The notes: generated from the letters alone by a model not told the origin. A stretch of DNA of 64,000 nucleotides from an uncultured Acidimicrobium sp. (GCA_964433615.1 CAYSRZ010000001.1:1366-65365), one strand, 5' to 3'. Positions 51,001 through 61,396 are shown, numbered from the stretch's first letter. Translations and numbers: made by a program.

Positions 51001-52188
51001 ATGTTGGCCTTCACCTTCCCAGGGCAGGGTTCGCAACGCCCGGGCATGGGTCGGCCGTGGGTCGATCACGAAAGTTGGGAACTCGTCGCCGAGGCCTCCG
51101 ACGTCGCCGGTCGCGACGTGGCGCGCCTGCTCCTCGACGCCGACGCCGAGGAACTGAAGGACACCCGCAACGCCCAACTCACCACCTTCGTCTCCTCGCT
51201 CATGGTGCTTGACGCCGTGGAGCGACTGGGCATCGAGCCGACCTTCTGTGCAGGTCACAGCCTCGGGGAATACACGGCGCTCACGGCGACGGGAGCACTC
51301 GGCTTCGACGACGGGGTTCGCCTCGTGAGCGAACGCTCGGCCGCGATGCACGAGGCCGGGCTTGCCTCACCAGGCACGATGGCGGCCGTCCTCGGCCTCG
51401 ATGACGAGGACGTGGAAGTCGCCTGTCGGCGCGCGGACGCAGACGTCTGGGTCGCCAACTTCAACGCCCCTGGCCAGGTCGTCATCGCGGGATCACCCGA
51501 CGGTGTCTCCGCTGCCGCCGAACACGCCAAGGAACTCGGCGCAAAGCGTGTCATGTCGCTCGCGGTCTCCGGCGCCTTTCACACCCCGTACATGACGTCG
51601 GCGCGTGATCGGCTGCGTGATGCGATTGCCGCGGCCCGCCCCCGCGACACCGAAGTTCCCGTCGTGTCGAACGTCGACGCCAGAGCCCATGCCACGGGAG
51701 AGGAATGGTCGTCGCTGTTGTCCGCCCAGTTGTCCTCTCCGGTGCGATGGAAGCATTGCCTCCTCGAGTTGTCGCAGCTCGGAGTCACGGGATTCATCGA
51801 ACTCGGGCCGGGCGGCGTCCTCACCGGAATGGTCAAGCGCACCCTCGAAGAGTCACGCAACATCAGCGTCGCGACCCCCGACGACCTCGACAAGTTGATC
51901 GATTGGCTCGACACTTTCGACCATGCGGCGACGATTCCAGAGACCGCCAGACACGAAGGCGAACATCTCTTTGCCGTCGAGCGCCTCGTCGTGTCGCCGG
52001 CAGCGGGTGTGTTCACGCGCCTCACCGGTCTGTCGAGCAACGCCATCGTCGAGGTCGGCGCCGTGCTCGGCCACGTCGGCGACGTCGAGGTCAGGTCGCC
52101 CTTCGCGGGGAAGTTGCAGAACTTCATCGCCGTCGATGGCGAACGGCTCACCGCTCATCAACCGGTCGCCTGGCTGCGTAGTCGTTAG
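51001..52188 (+). CDS. fabD: Malonyl-CoA:ACP transacylase with about 90-aa C-terminal barrel-sandwich (biotinyl/lipoyl-like) extension
   Basis: FPGQGSQRPGMG, active-site GHSLGEYTA, SGAFHTP. The extra C-terminal domain begins around residue 305. Confidence 0.85.
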   Translation: MLAFTFPGQGSQRPGMGRPWVDHESWELVAEASDVAGRDVARLLLDADAEELKDTRNAQLTTFVSSLMVLDAVERLGIEPTFCAGHSLGEYTALTATGALGFDDGVRLVSERSAAMHEAGLASPGTMAAVLGLDDEDVEVACRRADADVWVANFNAPGQVVIAGSPDGVSAAAEHAKELGAKRVMSLAVSGAFHTPYMTSARDRLRDAIAAARPRDTEVPVVSNVDARAHATGEEWSSLLSAQLSSPVRWKHCLLELSQLGVTGFIELGPGGVLTGMVKRTLEESRNISVATPDDLDKLIDWLDTFDHAATIPETARHEGEHLFAVERLVVSPAAGVFTRLTGLSSNAIVEVGAVLGHVGDVEVRSPFAGKLQNFIAVDGERLTAHQPVAWLRSR

Positions 52189-52198
52189 GGTTCAGACG

Positions 52199-53176
52199 AT
52201 GCCGACGATCCCCTCCCACTCCCGTGGCGCTCGCTTCACCGGCTGGGGAATCGCACTTCCGGAACGAGTCGTGACGAACGACGAGCTGTCCGCGACCATG
52301 GAGACCTCGGACGAATGGATCAGAGAGCGCACGGGAATCCATCGTCGCCACGTCGGTGGATCAACGGCATCGCTCAGCGTGGCCAGTGCCCGAATCGCGA
52401 TGGAGATGGCGGGCGTTGACGCGTCGCAGATCGACGCACTCGTCCTTGCCACGACCACGCCCGATCGTCAGGTGCCGGCAACCTCGGCTTCCGTTCAACG
52501 CGAGCTCGGACTTTCCTGCGGTGCCTTCGACATCAACGCGGCGTGCTCGGGCTTCGTCTATGCCCTCGCTGTCGCCCATGGCTTGATCGCGATCGGTTCA
52601 CAGAAGGTGCTCCTCATCGGCACCGACACCCTGTCGCGCATCACCGACTGGACCGACCGGAACACGGCGGTCTTGTTTGCCGACGGCTCGGGCGCGGCGG
52701 TCCTCGAGGCAGTCGACGGGCCCGGTCAACTCCTCGCCTGGGACCTCGACGCCGACGGCCACGCCGAGGAACTGCTGTACGCCGAGATCGGCGGCAACAT
52801 CCAGATGGATGGCAAGGAGGTGTTCAGGCGCGCGGTTCGCATCATGGTCGACTCCGCCCAGAAGTCACTCGCCATCGCGGGCGTGAGCGCCGACGACATC
52901 GCCCTCGTCGTACCGCACCAGGCCAACACCCGCATCATCGAAGCCGCGTGCGACCGTCTCGGAATCCCCATGGAGCGAACCGCCGTCGTGTTGCACGAAA
53001 CCGGCAACACGTCGTCTGCGTCCATACCGCTCGCGCTCTTCGATGCCGCCGATGGTGGAGCGATGAGTGGTCGCACCCTCAAGGATGGTGATCTCGTCCT
53101 GCTCGTCGGATTCGGCGCCGGCATGACCGCGGCGAGTGCGATCATCCGCTGGACCACCAAGGAGAACCGGCCATGA
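52199..53176 (+). CDS. fabH: 3-oxoacyl-ACP synthase III
   Basis: NDELSATMETSDEWIRERTGI, active-site AACSGFVYAL, PHQAN, GNTSSASIP. Start at M93 of the ORF. Confidence 0.9.
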   Translation: MPTIPSHSRGARFTGWGIALPERVVTNDELSATMETSDEWIRERTGIHRRHVGGSTASLSVASARIAMEMAGVDASQIDALVLATTTPDRQVPATSASVQRELGLSCGAFDINAACSGFVYALAVAHGLIAIGSQKVLLIGTDTLSRITDWTDRNTAVLFADGSGAAVLEAVDGPGQLLAWDLDADGHAEELLYAEIGGNIQMDGKEVFRRAVRIMVDSAQKSLAIAGVSADDIALVVPHQANTRIIEAACDRLGIPMERTAVVLHETGNTSSASIPLALFDAADGGAMSGRTLKDGDLVLLVGFGAGMTAASAIIRWTTKENRP

Positions 53177-53886
53177 CCACGACACCACGCACCGTCCTCG
53201 TCACCGGCGGATCGAAGGGCATCGGCCTCGCCACCGCTCGTGCCTTTGCCGCCCTCGGCGACAACGTCGCGGTCACCTACAACTCCTCGCCACCGCCGGA
53301 CGACGTCTTCGCCGTCAAGTGCGACGTCACGAACCAAGCGGAAGTCGACGCGATGTTTTCCGCCGTCGAGGAAAAGTTCGGCCCGGTCGGCGTCCTCGTG
53401 TCGAATGCCGGCATCACGCGAGACGGTCTCATCCTGCGGATGGCCGAGGCAGACTTCGCCGACGTCGTCGATGCGAACCTGACGGCCGCCTACCGAGTGT
53501 GCAAGCGTGCGGCACAGGGAATGATCCGCGCGCGTGCCGGACGCATCGTGCTCGTCTCGAGCGTCGTCGCGATGCTGGGGTCCGCAGGTCAAGCCAACTA
53601 TGCCGCCTCGAAAGCCGGACTCATCGGCCTCGCACGTTCGTTGGCTCGCGAGCTCGGTTCGCGCAACGTGACCGTGAACGTCGTCGCACCCGGACCGGTG
53701 GACACCGACATGACGGCCGTCCTCGGCGACAAGCGAATGGAAGAACTTCGCGCCGCGGTGCCGCTGGGTCGCACCGCAACCCCACAAGAGATCGCAGACG
53801 TCATCGCCTTCCTCGCGGGTCCGTCCGCCGGCTACATCACCGGTGCCGTGATTCCCGTCGACGGCGGCCTTGGCATGGGCCACTAG
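53173..53886 (+). CDS. fabG: 3-oxoacyl-ACP reductase (SDR)
   Basis: TGGSKGIGLA, NAGI, YAASKAG. ATGA overlap with fabH. Confidence 0.9.
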   Translation: MTTTPRTVLVTGGSKGIGLATARAFAALGDNVAVTYNSSPPPDDVFAVKCDVTNQAEVDAMFSAVEEKFGPVGVLVSNAGITRDGLILRMAEADFADVVDANLTAAYRVCKRAAQGMIRARAGRIVLVSSVVAMLGSAGQANYAASKAGLIGLARSLARELGSRNVTVNVVAPGPVDTDMTAVLGDKRMEELRAAVPLGRTATPQEIADVIAFLAGPSAGYITGAVIPVDGGLGMGH

Positions 53887-53967
53887 CAAGACCGCGAGGA
53901 CACGGCGCACTACAATCGAGACGTGCTCGCAGTCGGGCACCCCATCGCACAACCCCAAGGAGACACC

Positions 53968-54207
53968 GTGAGCCAGGAACTGTTCGACCGATTCAAGAAG
54001 TGCGCCGTCGACGTGTTGTCCGTGGATGCAGCCAAGATCGTGCCCGAGGCCAAGTTTGGTGACGACCTCGACGCCGACAGCTTGGACCTCGTCGAACTCG
54101 TGATGGCACTCGAGGAGGAATTCGGCATCGAGGTTCCCGAGAGCGATCTCGAGGGCGTCGACACCGTCGGCAAGGCCTTCGCCCTCGTCACCTCAAAAGT
54201 CAAGTAG
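53968..54207 (+). CDS. acpP: Acyl carrier protein
   Basis: DLDADSLDLVELVMALEEEFG (phosphopantetheine Ser in DSLD). GTG 53968 is preceded by AAGGAGA. Confidence 0.9.
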   Translation: MSQELFDRFKKCAVDVLSVDAAKIVPEAKFGDDLDADSLDLVELVMALEEEFGIEVPESDLEGVDTVGKAFALVTSKVK

Positions 54208-54219
54208 TCGACCGAGCGC

Positions 54220-55404
54220 ATGCGGGGCGCAGGTCATCGCGTCGCGATCACCGGGTACGGCGTCGTCGCGCCGTGCGGGATCGGCAAGGAGTCGTTCTGG
54301 AACGGGCTGCTCGGTCCCGGATTCTCCGGTGCGCGTTCGATCGAGATCGCGGACTGGGATCCGTCTCCGTATTTCGACTCCCCGAAGGATGCTCGCCGTA
54401 GCGACCGTTGCGAACAGTTCGCGCTCGCCGCAGCCCACGAAGCGCTGACGCAATCGGGTTCGCTGCCCTACGACCACACGCGCATCGGCACGATCTTTGG
54501 CACGGGCATCGGAGGTCTGCGCACCCTCGAAGAGCAGGTGATCGTCCGAGTCGAAAAGGGCGAACGACGAGTGTCGCCGTTCCTCGTCCCGATGATGATG
54601 TCGAACGCCTCGGGAGCGGCGATCTCGATGCGCTACGGACTCCAAGGGCCGGCCGAGACCATCTGCACCGCATGCGCCGCATCCACGCATGCGATCGGAG
54701 CAGCTGCCCGCCAGATCGCCTGGGGCTCGTGCGACGCAGTCGTGACCGGTGGGGCCGAGTCTGCGGCGACGATCACCGCGCTCGCAGGTTTCGCCAACAT
54801 GACCGCACTGTCCAGCACACTCGTCAGCAAACCGTTCGACGCGACCCGCGACGGATTCATCATGGGCGAAGGAGCGGCGGTGTTCGTCCTCGAGCGCTAC
54901 GACCTTGCGGTCCGACGAGGTGCCACGATCCTCGCCGAGATCGTCGGCGCGGCGAGCAACGCCGATGCACACCACATCACCGCACCGTCACCAGGTGGCG
55001 CAGGCGCCGTGCGCTGCATGCAACTCGCACTCGACGATGCCGGCCTCGCACCATCGGACATCGCGCAGATCAACGCCCATGGAACCTCAACGCCACTCAA
55101 CGATGCTGCGGAGTCGGAGGCGATCGCCACGCTGTTCGGCAAGTCCGGACCGCCGGTCGTGTCGATCAAGGGTGTCACTGGACACCCGCTCGGAGCTGCT
55201 GGCGCACTCGAGGCGGCGGCTGTGCTCCTCAGCATGGAAAAGCGTCTCATCCCGCCGACGCGCGGGACCACGCAGGTCGACCCCACGATGTCGATCGACG
55301 TGGTGATCGACGATCCCCGTCCGTGGACCCCGGGACCGACCATTTCCAACAATTTCGGCTTCGGTGGTCACAACGGCTCGGTGATCATCGCACCGGCGAA
55401 CTGA
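54220..55404 (+). CDS. fabF: 3-oxoacyl-ACP synthase II
   Basis: Active-site CTACAAS, HGTSTP, GHPLGAAG, NNFGFGGHN. Confidence 0.9.
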   Translation: MRGAGHRVAITGYGVVAPCGIGKESFWNGLLGPGFSGARSIEIADWDPSPYFDSPKDARRSDRCEQFALAAAHEALTQSGSLPYDHTRIGTIFGTGIGGLRTLEEQVIVRVEKGERRVSPFLVPMMMSNASGAAISMRYGLQGPAETICTACAASTHAIGAAARQIAWGSCDAVVTGGAESAATITALAGFANMTALSSTLVSKPFDATRDGFIMGEGAAVFVLERYDLAVRRGATILAEIVGAASNADAHHITAPSPGGAGAVRCMQLALDDAGLAPSDIAQINAHGTSTPLNDAAESEAIATLFGKSGPPVVSIKGVTGHPLGAAGALEAAAVLLSMEKRLIPPTRGTTQVDPTMSIDVVIDDPRPWTPGPTISNNFGFGGHNGSVIIAPAN

Positions 55405-55407
55405 TTT

Positions 55408-55836
55408 TCAGGCGTCGACGACGACGAAGAGCAACTCACATTCGCACGCAACGTCGCCGTTCACGTAGACACGGCCCGAGCCCTTGCCCGCGCGTGCCGA
55501 CATCTTGCCCATCGTCGCTTCGACGGTGAGCACGTCGCCCGGGACCGCCTGACGACGAAATCGTGCGCCGTCGAGCCCTCCGAAGAGCGGAAGCTTTCCT
55601 GCATATCGTTCGTCGGCAAGGATCGCGACGGCACCCGTCTGGGCGATCGACTCACACATCAGGACCCCAGGAAGCGTCGGTCGGCCAGGAAAATGTCCGG
55701 CAAAGAACCACTCCTCGCCCGTGAGCGTCCACGTCGTGCGCGCCGACACTCCCGGCACCAACTCGACGATCTCGTCGACGAACAGAAACGGAGCCCGATG
55801 CGGCAACAGGTCAGTCGGCTTGGGAAGCGAGGTCAC
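55408..55836 (-). CDS. fabZ: 3-hydroxyacyl-ACP dehydratase
   Basis: LLPHRAPFLFVDEI, FFAGHFPGRPTLPGVLMCESIAQ. GTG 55836 forms a GTGA overlap with the bcp stop. Confidence 0.85.
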   Translation of the reverse strand: MTSLPKPTDLLPHRAPFLFVDEIVELVPGVSARTTWTLTGEEWFFAGHFPGRPTLPGVLMCESIAQTGAVAILADERYAGKLPLFGGLDGARFRRQAVPGDVLTVEATMGKMSARAGKGSGRVYVNGDVACECELLFVVVDA

Positions 55837-56285
55837 TTGCCGAGGGCTTCCAAGAGCCGAAGTGGGGTGTCCTTCGGAGAGATCTTGTACCAGGCGTGCA
55901 GGATCACGCCGTTCGAATCGATGAGGAACGCCGATCGCTCGATTCCCATGTACTCGCGACCGTACATCGACTTCTTCTTCCACACCTTGTACGCCTTGGC
56001 CGCCACGTGGTCCTCGTCGGCGAGCAAGGGAAAACCGAGACCGTATTTGTCGTCGAACTTCTTCTGCTTGGCCGGCGAGTCCGGGCTGATGCCAACGATG
56101 GCCGTGCGACCAACGTCGCCCGCGATGTCACGCAATAGACACGATTGCTGTGTGCACCCCGGGGTGTCGGCTTTGGGATAGAAGTAGACGAGGACCTTCT
56201 TCTTGCCGAACGTTGCGAGGGTGGTCCGCTTGCCGTTCTGGTCGACGAGGTCGATCTTGGGAGCCTTCATCCCCGCCTTCAGCAT
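55833..56285 (-). CDS. bcp: Thiol peroxidase / peroxiredoxin Bcp
   Basis: VLVYFYPKADTPGCTQQSC peroxidatic-Cys motif. 150 aa. Confidence 0.9.
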   Translation of the reverse strand: MLKAGMKAPKIDLVDQNGKRTTLATFGKKKVLVYFYPKADTPGCTQQSCLLRDIAGDVGRTAIVGISPDSPAKQKKFDDKYGLGFPLLADEDHVAAKAYKVWKKKSMYGREYMGIERSAFLIDSNGVILHAWYKISPKDTPLRLLEALGK

Positions 56286-56294
56286 GCGACGAAT

Positions 56295-57080
56295 CTAGTT
56301 CGTCGAGTGGGCGAGATCGAGGGCGTTGCGCACTTCGGCGACATACTCTCCCACCGCGTCTGGCCCCGACTCGAGCATGCGTCGCATCACCGACGCTCCC
56401 TGGATCACTCCGTCGGCGACCTTGGTTGCCTCGACGGCCTGCTGTGCGTTGGACACACCGACGCCGACGAGAACGGGCAGGTCGGTGAGAGCCTTCAGCC
56501 TGCCCGCGAGCGCCACGGCAGTCGACGCGAGTTCGTCGCGTTCACCCGTGACGCCCAGGAGCCCGACGGCGTAGACGAAGCCTCGTGTTCGTGCGATGAT
56601 CTTCGGCAGTCGCGCATCCGGCGCGGTCGGAGCCGCGAGCATGACCGTCTCGATTCCCGACGCGTCGGCAGCTGCGCACCACGGACCGGACTCCTCGAGA
56701 GGCAGATCCGGAACGATTGCCGCAACGACTCCGGAGTCGCGCAACATGTTCGCGAAGCGCTCGTGTCCCGCGCTGTGCACGGTGTTGTAGTAGCACATCA
56801 CCGCGATCGGAACGTCGACGTCCACAGTGCGCAACTCCTGCAGGATCGACACCGGAGTCGCCCCGGCACGCAGAGCGGTCTCGGAGGCAAGTTGGATGAC
56901 CGGCCCATCCATCACCGGATCGGAAAACGGCAGACCCACCTCGATCGCGTCGGCACCCATCGCCGCAGCGACACGGATCGCATCGATCCACCCGGGCAAT
57001 CCACCGGTGACGTACGGGACGAGGATCTTGCGACCGCTCTCGCGACGAGCGCGAAGATGTCCTTCGAGTCGTGCGGTCAC
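56295..57080 (-). CDS. trpA: Tryptophan synthase alpha chain
   Basis: [29 protein letters not shown] 57080 forms a GTGA overlap with the trpB stop. Confidence 0.9.
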   Translation of the reverse strand: MTARLEGHLRARRESGRKILVPYVTGGLPGWIDAIRVAAAMGADAIEVGLPFSDPVMDGPVIQLASETALRAGATPVSILQELRTVDVDVPIAVMCYYNTVHSAGHERFANMLRDSGVVAAIVPDLPLEESGPWCAAADASGIETVMLAAPTAPDARLPKIIARTRGFVYAVGLLGVTGERDELASTAVALAGRLKALTDLPVLVGVGVSNAQQAVEATKVADGVIQGASVMRRMLESGPDAVGEYVAEVRNALDLAHSTN

Positions 57081-58282
57081 AGTCGAGGACCGAGGATGTC
57101 CATCATCTGGGCGACGTCTTTGTCGCCACGTCCCGAGAGGTTCATGAGCACCGTCTGACCCTGCATCTTCGGGGCTTCTCGCGAGATCCATGCGACGGCG
57201 TGCGCGCACTCGAGGGCGGGAATGATCCCTTCCGTGCGCGACAGCAACTGGAAGCCTTCGATGACCTCTTCGTCGGTCACGCTCGGATACTCCGCGCGAC
57301 CGATCGAGGCGAGGTGGGAGTGCTCGGGTCCCACTCCGGGATAGTCGAGACCAGCACTGATCGAATGGGCCTCCTGCACCTGGCCGTACTCGTCTTGCAT
57401 CAAATAGGAGCGCATGCCGTGCACGACTCCCGGAACTCCTCGACCCGCGGCTGCACCGCCGGCGGGCTCGACTCCGATCAGACGCGACTTGGCGTCGACG
57501 AAACCGGAGAAGATGCCGATCGCGTTGCTGCCGCCACCGACGCATGCAACGACGACGTCCGGATCGTCACCGTTCAGGATCTCCCTGCACTGCACTCGAG
57601 CCTCGTCACCGATCACCGATTGGAAGGTGCGCACCATCCACGGATACGGGTGCGGACCCATGACCGAGCCGATCGCGTAGTACGTCGTCTCGACCGATGC
57701 GACCCAGTCGCGCATCGCCTCGTTGACTGCGTCCTTGAGCGTCTTGCTGCCCGACATCGCCGGAACCACCTCGGCGCCCAACAGGCGCATGCGAAAGACG
57801 TTGAGGGCCTGGCGCTTGACGTCCACCTCACCCATGTACACCTTGCATTCGAGACCGAGGAGGGCCGCAGCAGTGGCGGAGGCGACGCCGTGTTGGCCTG
57901 CTCCGGTTTCGGCGACGATCCGCTTCTTTCCCATCCGCTTGGCGAGCAGCACCTGGCCGAGCACGTTGTTGATCTTGTGTGAGCCGGTGTGGTTCAGGTC
58001 TTCTCGCTTCAGCAGGAGGCGGATGCCGAGCTGTGCTCCAAGGTTGTGGCACTCGGTGATGATCGACGGGCGCCCGACGTAGTCGCGCAGCAAGTCGTTC
58101 AATTCCGTTCTGAAGAGCGAGTCCGCCCAGGCATCGGTGAAGGCCTCTTCGAGCTCCATGCACGCCGGCACCAACGTCTCGGGCACGAAGCGTCCGCCGA
58201 ACTCGCCGAAACGGCCGTCGATGGGGTTCTGCAGCACGAACTCAGGGTATCGGTGCGACACGGCCCGAGCGCTGTCGAGCAC
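57077..58282 (-). CDS. trpB: Tryptophan synthase beta chain
   Basis: [38 protein letters not shown]. Start GTG 58282, just after the trpF stop. Confidence 0.9.
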   Translation of the reverse strand: MLDSARAVSHRYPEFVLQNPIDGRFGEFGGRFVPETLVPACMELEEAFTDAWADSLFRTELNDLLRDYVGRPSIITECHNLGAQLGIRLLLKREDLNHTGSHKINNVLGQVLLAKRMGKKRIVAETGAGQHGVASATAAALLGLECKVYMGEVDVKRQALNVFRMRLLGAEVVPAMSGSKTLKDAVNEAMRDWVASVETTYYAIGSVMGPHPYPWMVRTFQSVIGDEARVQCREILNGDDPDVVVACVGGGSNAIGIFSGFVDAKSRLIGVEPAGGAAAGRGVPGVVHGMRSYLMQDEYGQVQEAHSISAGLDYPGVGPEHSHLASIGRAEYPSVTDEEVIEGFQLLSRTEGIIPALECAHAVAWISREAPKMQGQTVLMNLSGRGDKDVAQMMDILGPRL

Positions 58283-58284
58283 GG

Positions 58285-58914
58285 TCAGTCGATGAGGTCG
58301 TCGCCGATCTCGGCTTGGGCGTCGCGGGCGTTGACGATGAACTGTCGGAGCTTGACGGCGTCTTTTACTCCCGGGGCCTTTTCCACCCCACTCGCCACGT
58401 CCACACCCCATGGCCGACGCGACACGATCGCCTCACGGACGTTGTCACCATTCAAGCCGCCAGACAGCATCACCCTGAGACCGCGAGGGAGCTCGTCCAA
58501 CAGCGTCCAGTCGAACCGCTCGCCGGATCCCGGTCGCGCATTGTCGACGAGCACGACGTCGGTTCCGTAGTCGTCTGCGCGACGTGCAGCATCGGACCCT
58601 GCCACGACCGCCTTGATCGCAAAGCGCACCTCGTGGGCCACCTCGCGGACCGCTGCCACGGGTTCGTTCCCGTGCAGCTGCACCCCCTTCAGACGCGCAC
58701 TGCGTGCGATCTCGAGGACGCGCTTGGGATGTTCGTCGCGGAACACCCCGACCGTCACGACGTCGGACGGCAGACGCTTCACGATGTCGAGGGCCTTCGT
58801 CGGGGCGATCTGGCGCGGCGACGGGGCGAAGATGAAACCGATCGCGTCGGCTCCGAGGGCGACGGCAAGCAAGGCGTCCTCCTCGCTCGTGATCCCGCAG
58901 ATCTTGATGAACAC
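58285..58914 (-). CDS. trpF: Phosphoribosylanthranilate isomerase
   Basis: [37 protein letters not shown]. Confidence 0.9.
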   Translation of the reverse strand: MFIKICGITSEEDALLAVALGADAIGFIFAPSPRQIAPTKALDIVKRLPSDVVTVGVFRDEHPKRVLEIARSARLKGVQLHGNEPVAAVREVAHEVRFAIKAVVAGSDAARRADDYGTDVVLVDNARPGSGERFDWTLLDELPRGLRVMLSGGLNGDNVREAIVSRRPWGVDVASGVEKAPGVKDAVKLRQFIVNARDAQAEIGDDLID

Positions 58915-58954
58915 GAACCAACCGTAGTCCTGAGCTCAGACGAAGAGGCGCGAG

Positions 58955-59731
58955 TCAGCGAACTCGAAGCGCTTCGAGAGCCTCGCGTGGGGACGACGCG
59001 GTGACCAGGGACTCCCCGACGAGCACTGCGTCGTATCCGGCGTCGCGCAACGAGCGAGCGTCACCCGGTCCCCGTACGCCCGACTCCGCGACCTTGACCA
59101 CGTCCGGCGGAATCGACCTCGCGGTGCGCACGGCTCGCTCGTGGTCGACTTCGAACGTGACGAGGTCGCGCTGGTTCACCCCGATCAGATCGGCTCCGAG
59201 CTCCACCGCCAACTCCACTTCCCTCTCGTCGTGGGTCTCAACGAGCACGTCGATGCCGACGAGGCGTGCGACGTCGATCATCTCTGTCATTTCGGATCGA
59301 CTCAGCACCGCCGCGATCAGAAGCACGCAATCTGCGCCCATCAGTCTCGCGTCCACGACGTCGTTCAGGCTCACGGTGAAGTCCTTGCGGATGACCGGCA
59401 ACCCACAGCGCTCACTCACTACCTGGAGATCCTCCACCGATCCCCCGAACGACTCGGAGTCGGTGAGCACCGAGACGCACCGCGCACCACCAGCGACGTA
59501 GTCGTCGACGAGCGAGTCGATTGAACGATTCCCGAGGAGGTCGCCTTTCGACGGAGACCTCCGCTTGACCTCGGCGATCACCGCGAGCCGATGGCGCGAC
59601 TCCTCGGCGAGGGCCTGACGGAAACCTCGTGTCGGACCGAGCGCTGCGCAACGAGCGACGAGACCTGACGTCTCACGGTCGTCTCTGGACGCGGTCCGTC
59701 GGTGTCGGGCGACGATCGCATCCAGGTACAT
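58955..59731 (-). CDS. trpC: Indole-3-glycerol-phosphate synthase
   Basis: IAEVKRRSPSKG, IRKDF, VLLIAA, IGVNQRDL. ATG at M100 of the ORF, 2 nt after the upstream stop. Confidence 0.9.
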   Translation of the reverse strand: MYLDAIVARHRRTASRDDRETSGLVARCAALGPTRGFRQALAEESRHRLAVIAEVKRRSPSKGDLLGNRSIDSLVDDYVAGGARCVSVLTDSESFGGSVEDLQVVSERCGLPVIRKDFTVSLNDVVDARLMGADCVLLIAAVLSRSEMTEMIDVARLVGIDVLVETHDEREVELAVELGADLIGVNQRDLVTFEVDHERAVRTARSIPPDVVKVAESGVRGPGDARSLRDAGYDAVLVGESLVTASSPREALEALRVR

Positions 59732-59733
59732 GA

Positions 59734-60039
59734 CTAGATCCCTTTGCCACCTCGCGGTGCGAGGAACGAGAACTCCGGCCCGCCATCCAGCATCGGTGCG
59801 AGCGACATCGAAAACGCCTTGAACGCATCGGTCGACATGTGTGCCTCGAATGCCTTCTGGTCTGCGTAGACCTCGTAGAACCACACCACGTTTTCGTTCG
59901 CAGCATCGTGGTGGTACGCATACATCAGCGTTCCAGGCTCGCCCTCGGCGGTCGCCAGACCCGGCGCCACTGCGGCGTCGAAGTCGCTCCTCGACCCTGG
60001 CTTCAACGTCAGTTTGACCGCTACGCACACCTTGCTCAT
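59734..60039 (-). CDS. Antibiotic-biosynthesis-monooxygenase (ABM, ferredoxin-like) domain protein
   Basis: 101 aa. ATG 60039 is preceded by AAGGAGA. WFYEVYADQKAFEAH is typical of ABM domains. Confidence 0.7.
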   Translation of the reverse strand: MSKVCVAVKLTLKPGSRSDFDAAVAPGLATAEGEPGTLMYAYHHDAANENVVWFYEVYADQKAFEAHMSTDAFKAFSMSLAPMLDGGPEFSFLAPRGGKGI

Positions 60040-60067
60040 GATGCTCTCCTTGGTTGCTTTCGTGGAC

Positions 60068-61375
60068 CTAGAACCCGAGTCGACGGGCGATTTCTGCCTC
60101 CAGCGCATCGATGCGTACGCGCTCCTGGGCCGTCGAGTCTCGGTCGCGAATCGTCACCGAGGAATCCTCGAGCGTGTCGAAGTCGACCGTCACGCACAGC
60201 GGGGTGCCGATCTCGTCCTGGCGTCGATAGCGGCGACCGATCGCCTGCGTCTCGTCGTATTCGCACATGTATCGCTTGGACAATTTCGTGAAGATCTCTT
60301 TGGCCACAGGCGACAGCGTGTCTTTCTTCGACAGCGGCAGGACGGCGACTTGGTACGGCGCCAGTCGTGGGTGGAGACGCAACACGGTGCGGGTCTCGTC
60401 GTTGACCACGTCTTCGTCGTAGGCGGCGAGGAGGAACGCGGCCATCGTGCGGTTCGCTCCTGCCGCCGGCTCGACGACGTACGGCACGTATCGCTCGTTC
60501 GTCGTCTGGTCGAAATACTCAAGTCGCTGCTTGGAGAACTCCGCGTGTCGCTTGAGGTCGAAGTCCGTGCGCTGGGCGATGCCTTCGAGCTCACCCCATC
60601 CCCACGGGAAGCGGAACTCGATGTCGCTCGTTCCCGCCGAGTAGTGGGACAACTCGTCGGACTCGTGGGCACGGATGCGCAACATGTCGGCAGGGATGCC
60701 GTGGTCGACGTACCACTGGAAACGAGCCTCGCACCAGTAGGAATACCATTTCGGACCATCGGAGGGCGGGACGAAGAACTCCATCTCCATCTGCTCGAAC
60801 TCACGCGTGCGAAAGATGAAGTTGCCTGGGGTGATCTCGTTGCGGAAGCTCTTGCCGACCTGTGCGATTCCGAACGGCGGCTTCTTACGCGAGGTCTGCA
60901 GCACGTTGGCGAAGTTGACGAACATCCCCTGGGCGGTCTCCGGACGCATGTAGACGTCGGCCCCCTCGCCTTCGACGGGTCCTGCGTGAGTCTTGAACAT
61001 CAAGTTGAACGCCCGCGCCTCGGTGAAGGTGCAGCCCTTCTTCGACTGCGGACAGTCCCGATCCTCGAGCTGGTCCTCGCGGAAACGACGCTTGCACACG
61101 GTGCAGTCCACGAGTGGATCGCTGAAGTTGGCCAGGTGACCACTCGCCTCGAACACCTGTGGTGGGCCGAGGATTGCCGCATCGATCAACACCGTGTCGT
61201 CTCGCTCCTGGACCATCGCGCGCACCCAGGCGTCCTTCACGTTGCGCAGCATGAGTGATCCGAGCGGGCCGTAGTCGTAGGACGAGCGGAAACCGCCGTA
61301 GATCTCGGCGCTCGGGTAGACGAACCCGCGACGCTTGCACAGATTGACGATCTGGTCGAGGTCCGTTGCGGGCAT
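60068..61375 (-). CDS. glyQS: Glycine--tRNA ligase (dimeric class II type)
   Basis: LCKRRGFVYPSAEIYGG, FRNEITPG, class II motifs, C-terminal anticodon-binding domain. Confidence 0.9.
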   Translation of the reverse strand: MPATDLDQIVNLCKRRGFVYPSAEIYGGFRSSYDYGPLGSLMLRNVKDAWVRAMVQERDDTVLIDAAILGPPQVFEASGHLANFSDPLVDCTVCKRRFREDQLEDRDCPQSKKGCTFTEARAFNLMFKTHAGPVEGEGADVYMRPETAQGMFVNFANVLQTSRKKPPFGIAQVGKSFRNEITPGNFIFRTREFEQMEMEFFVPPSDGPKWYSYWCEARFQWYVDHGIPADMLRIRAHESDELSHYSAGTSDIEFRFPWGWGELEGIAQRTDFDLKRHAEFSKQRLEYFDQTTNERYVPYVVEPAAGANRTMAAFLLAAYDEDVVNDETRTVLRLHPRLAPYQVAVLPLSKKDTLSPVAKEIFTKLSKRYMCEYDETQAIGRRYRRQDEIGTPLCVTVDFDTLEDSSVTIRDRDSTAQERVRIDALEAEIARRLGF

Positions 61376-61396
61376 CGGACCAGTCTACGACGGCCC

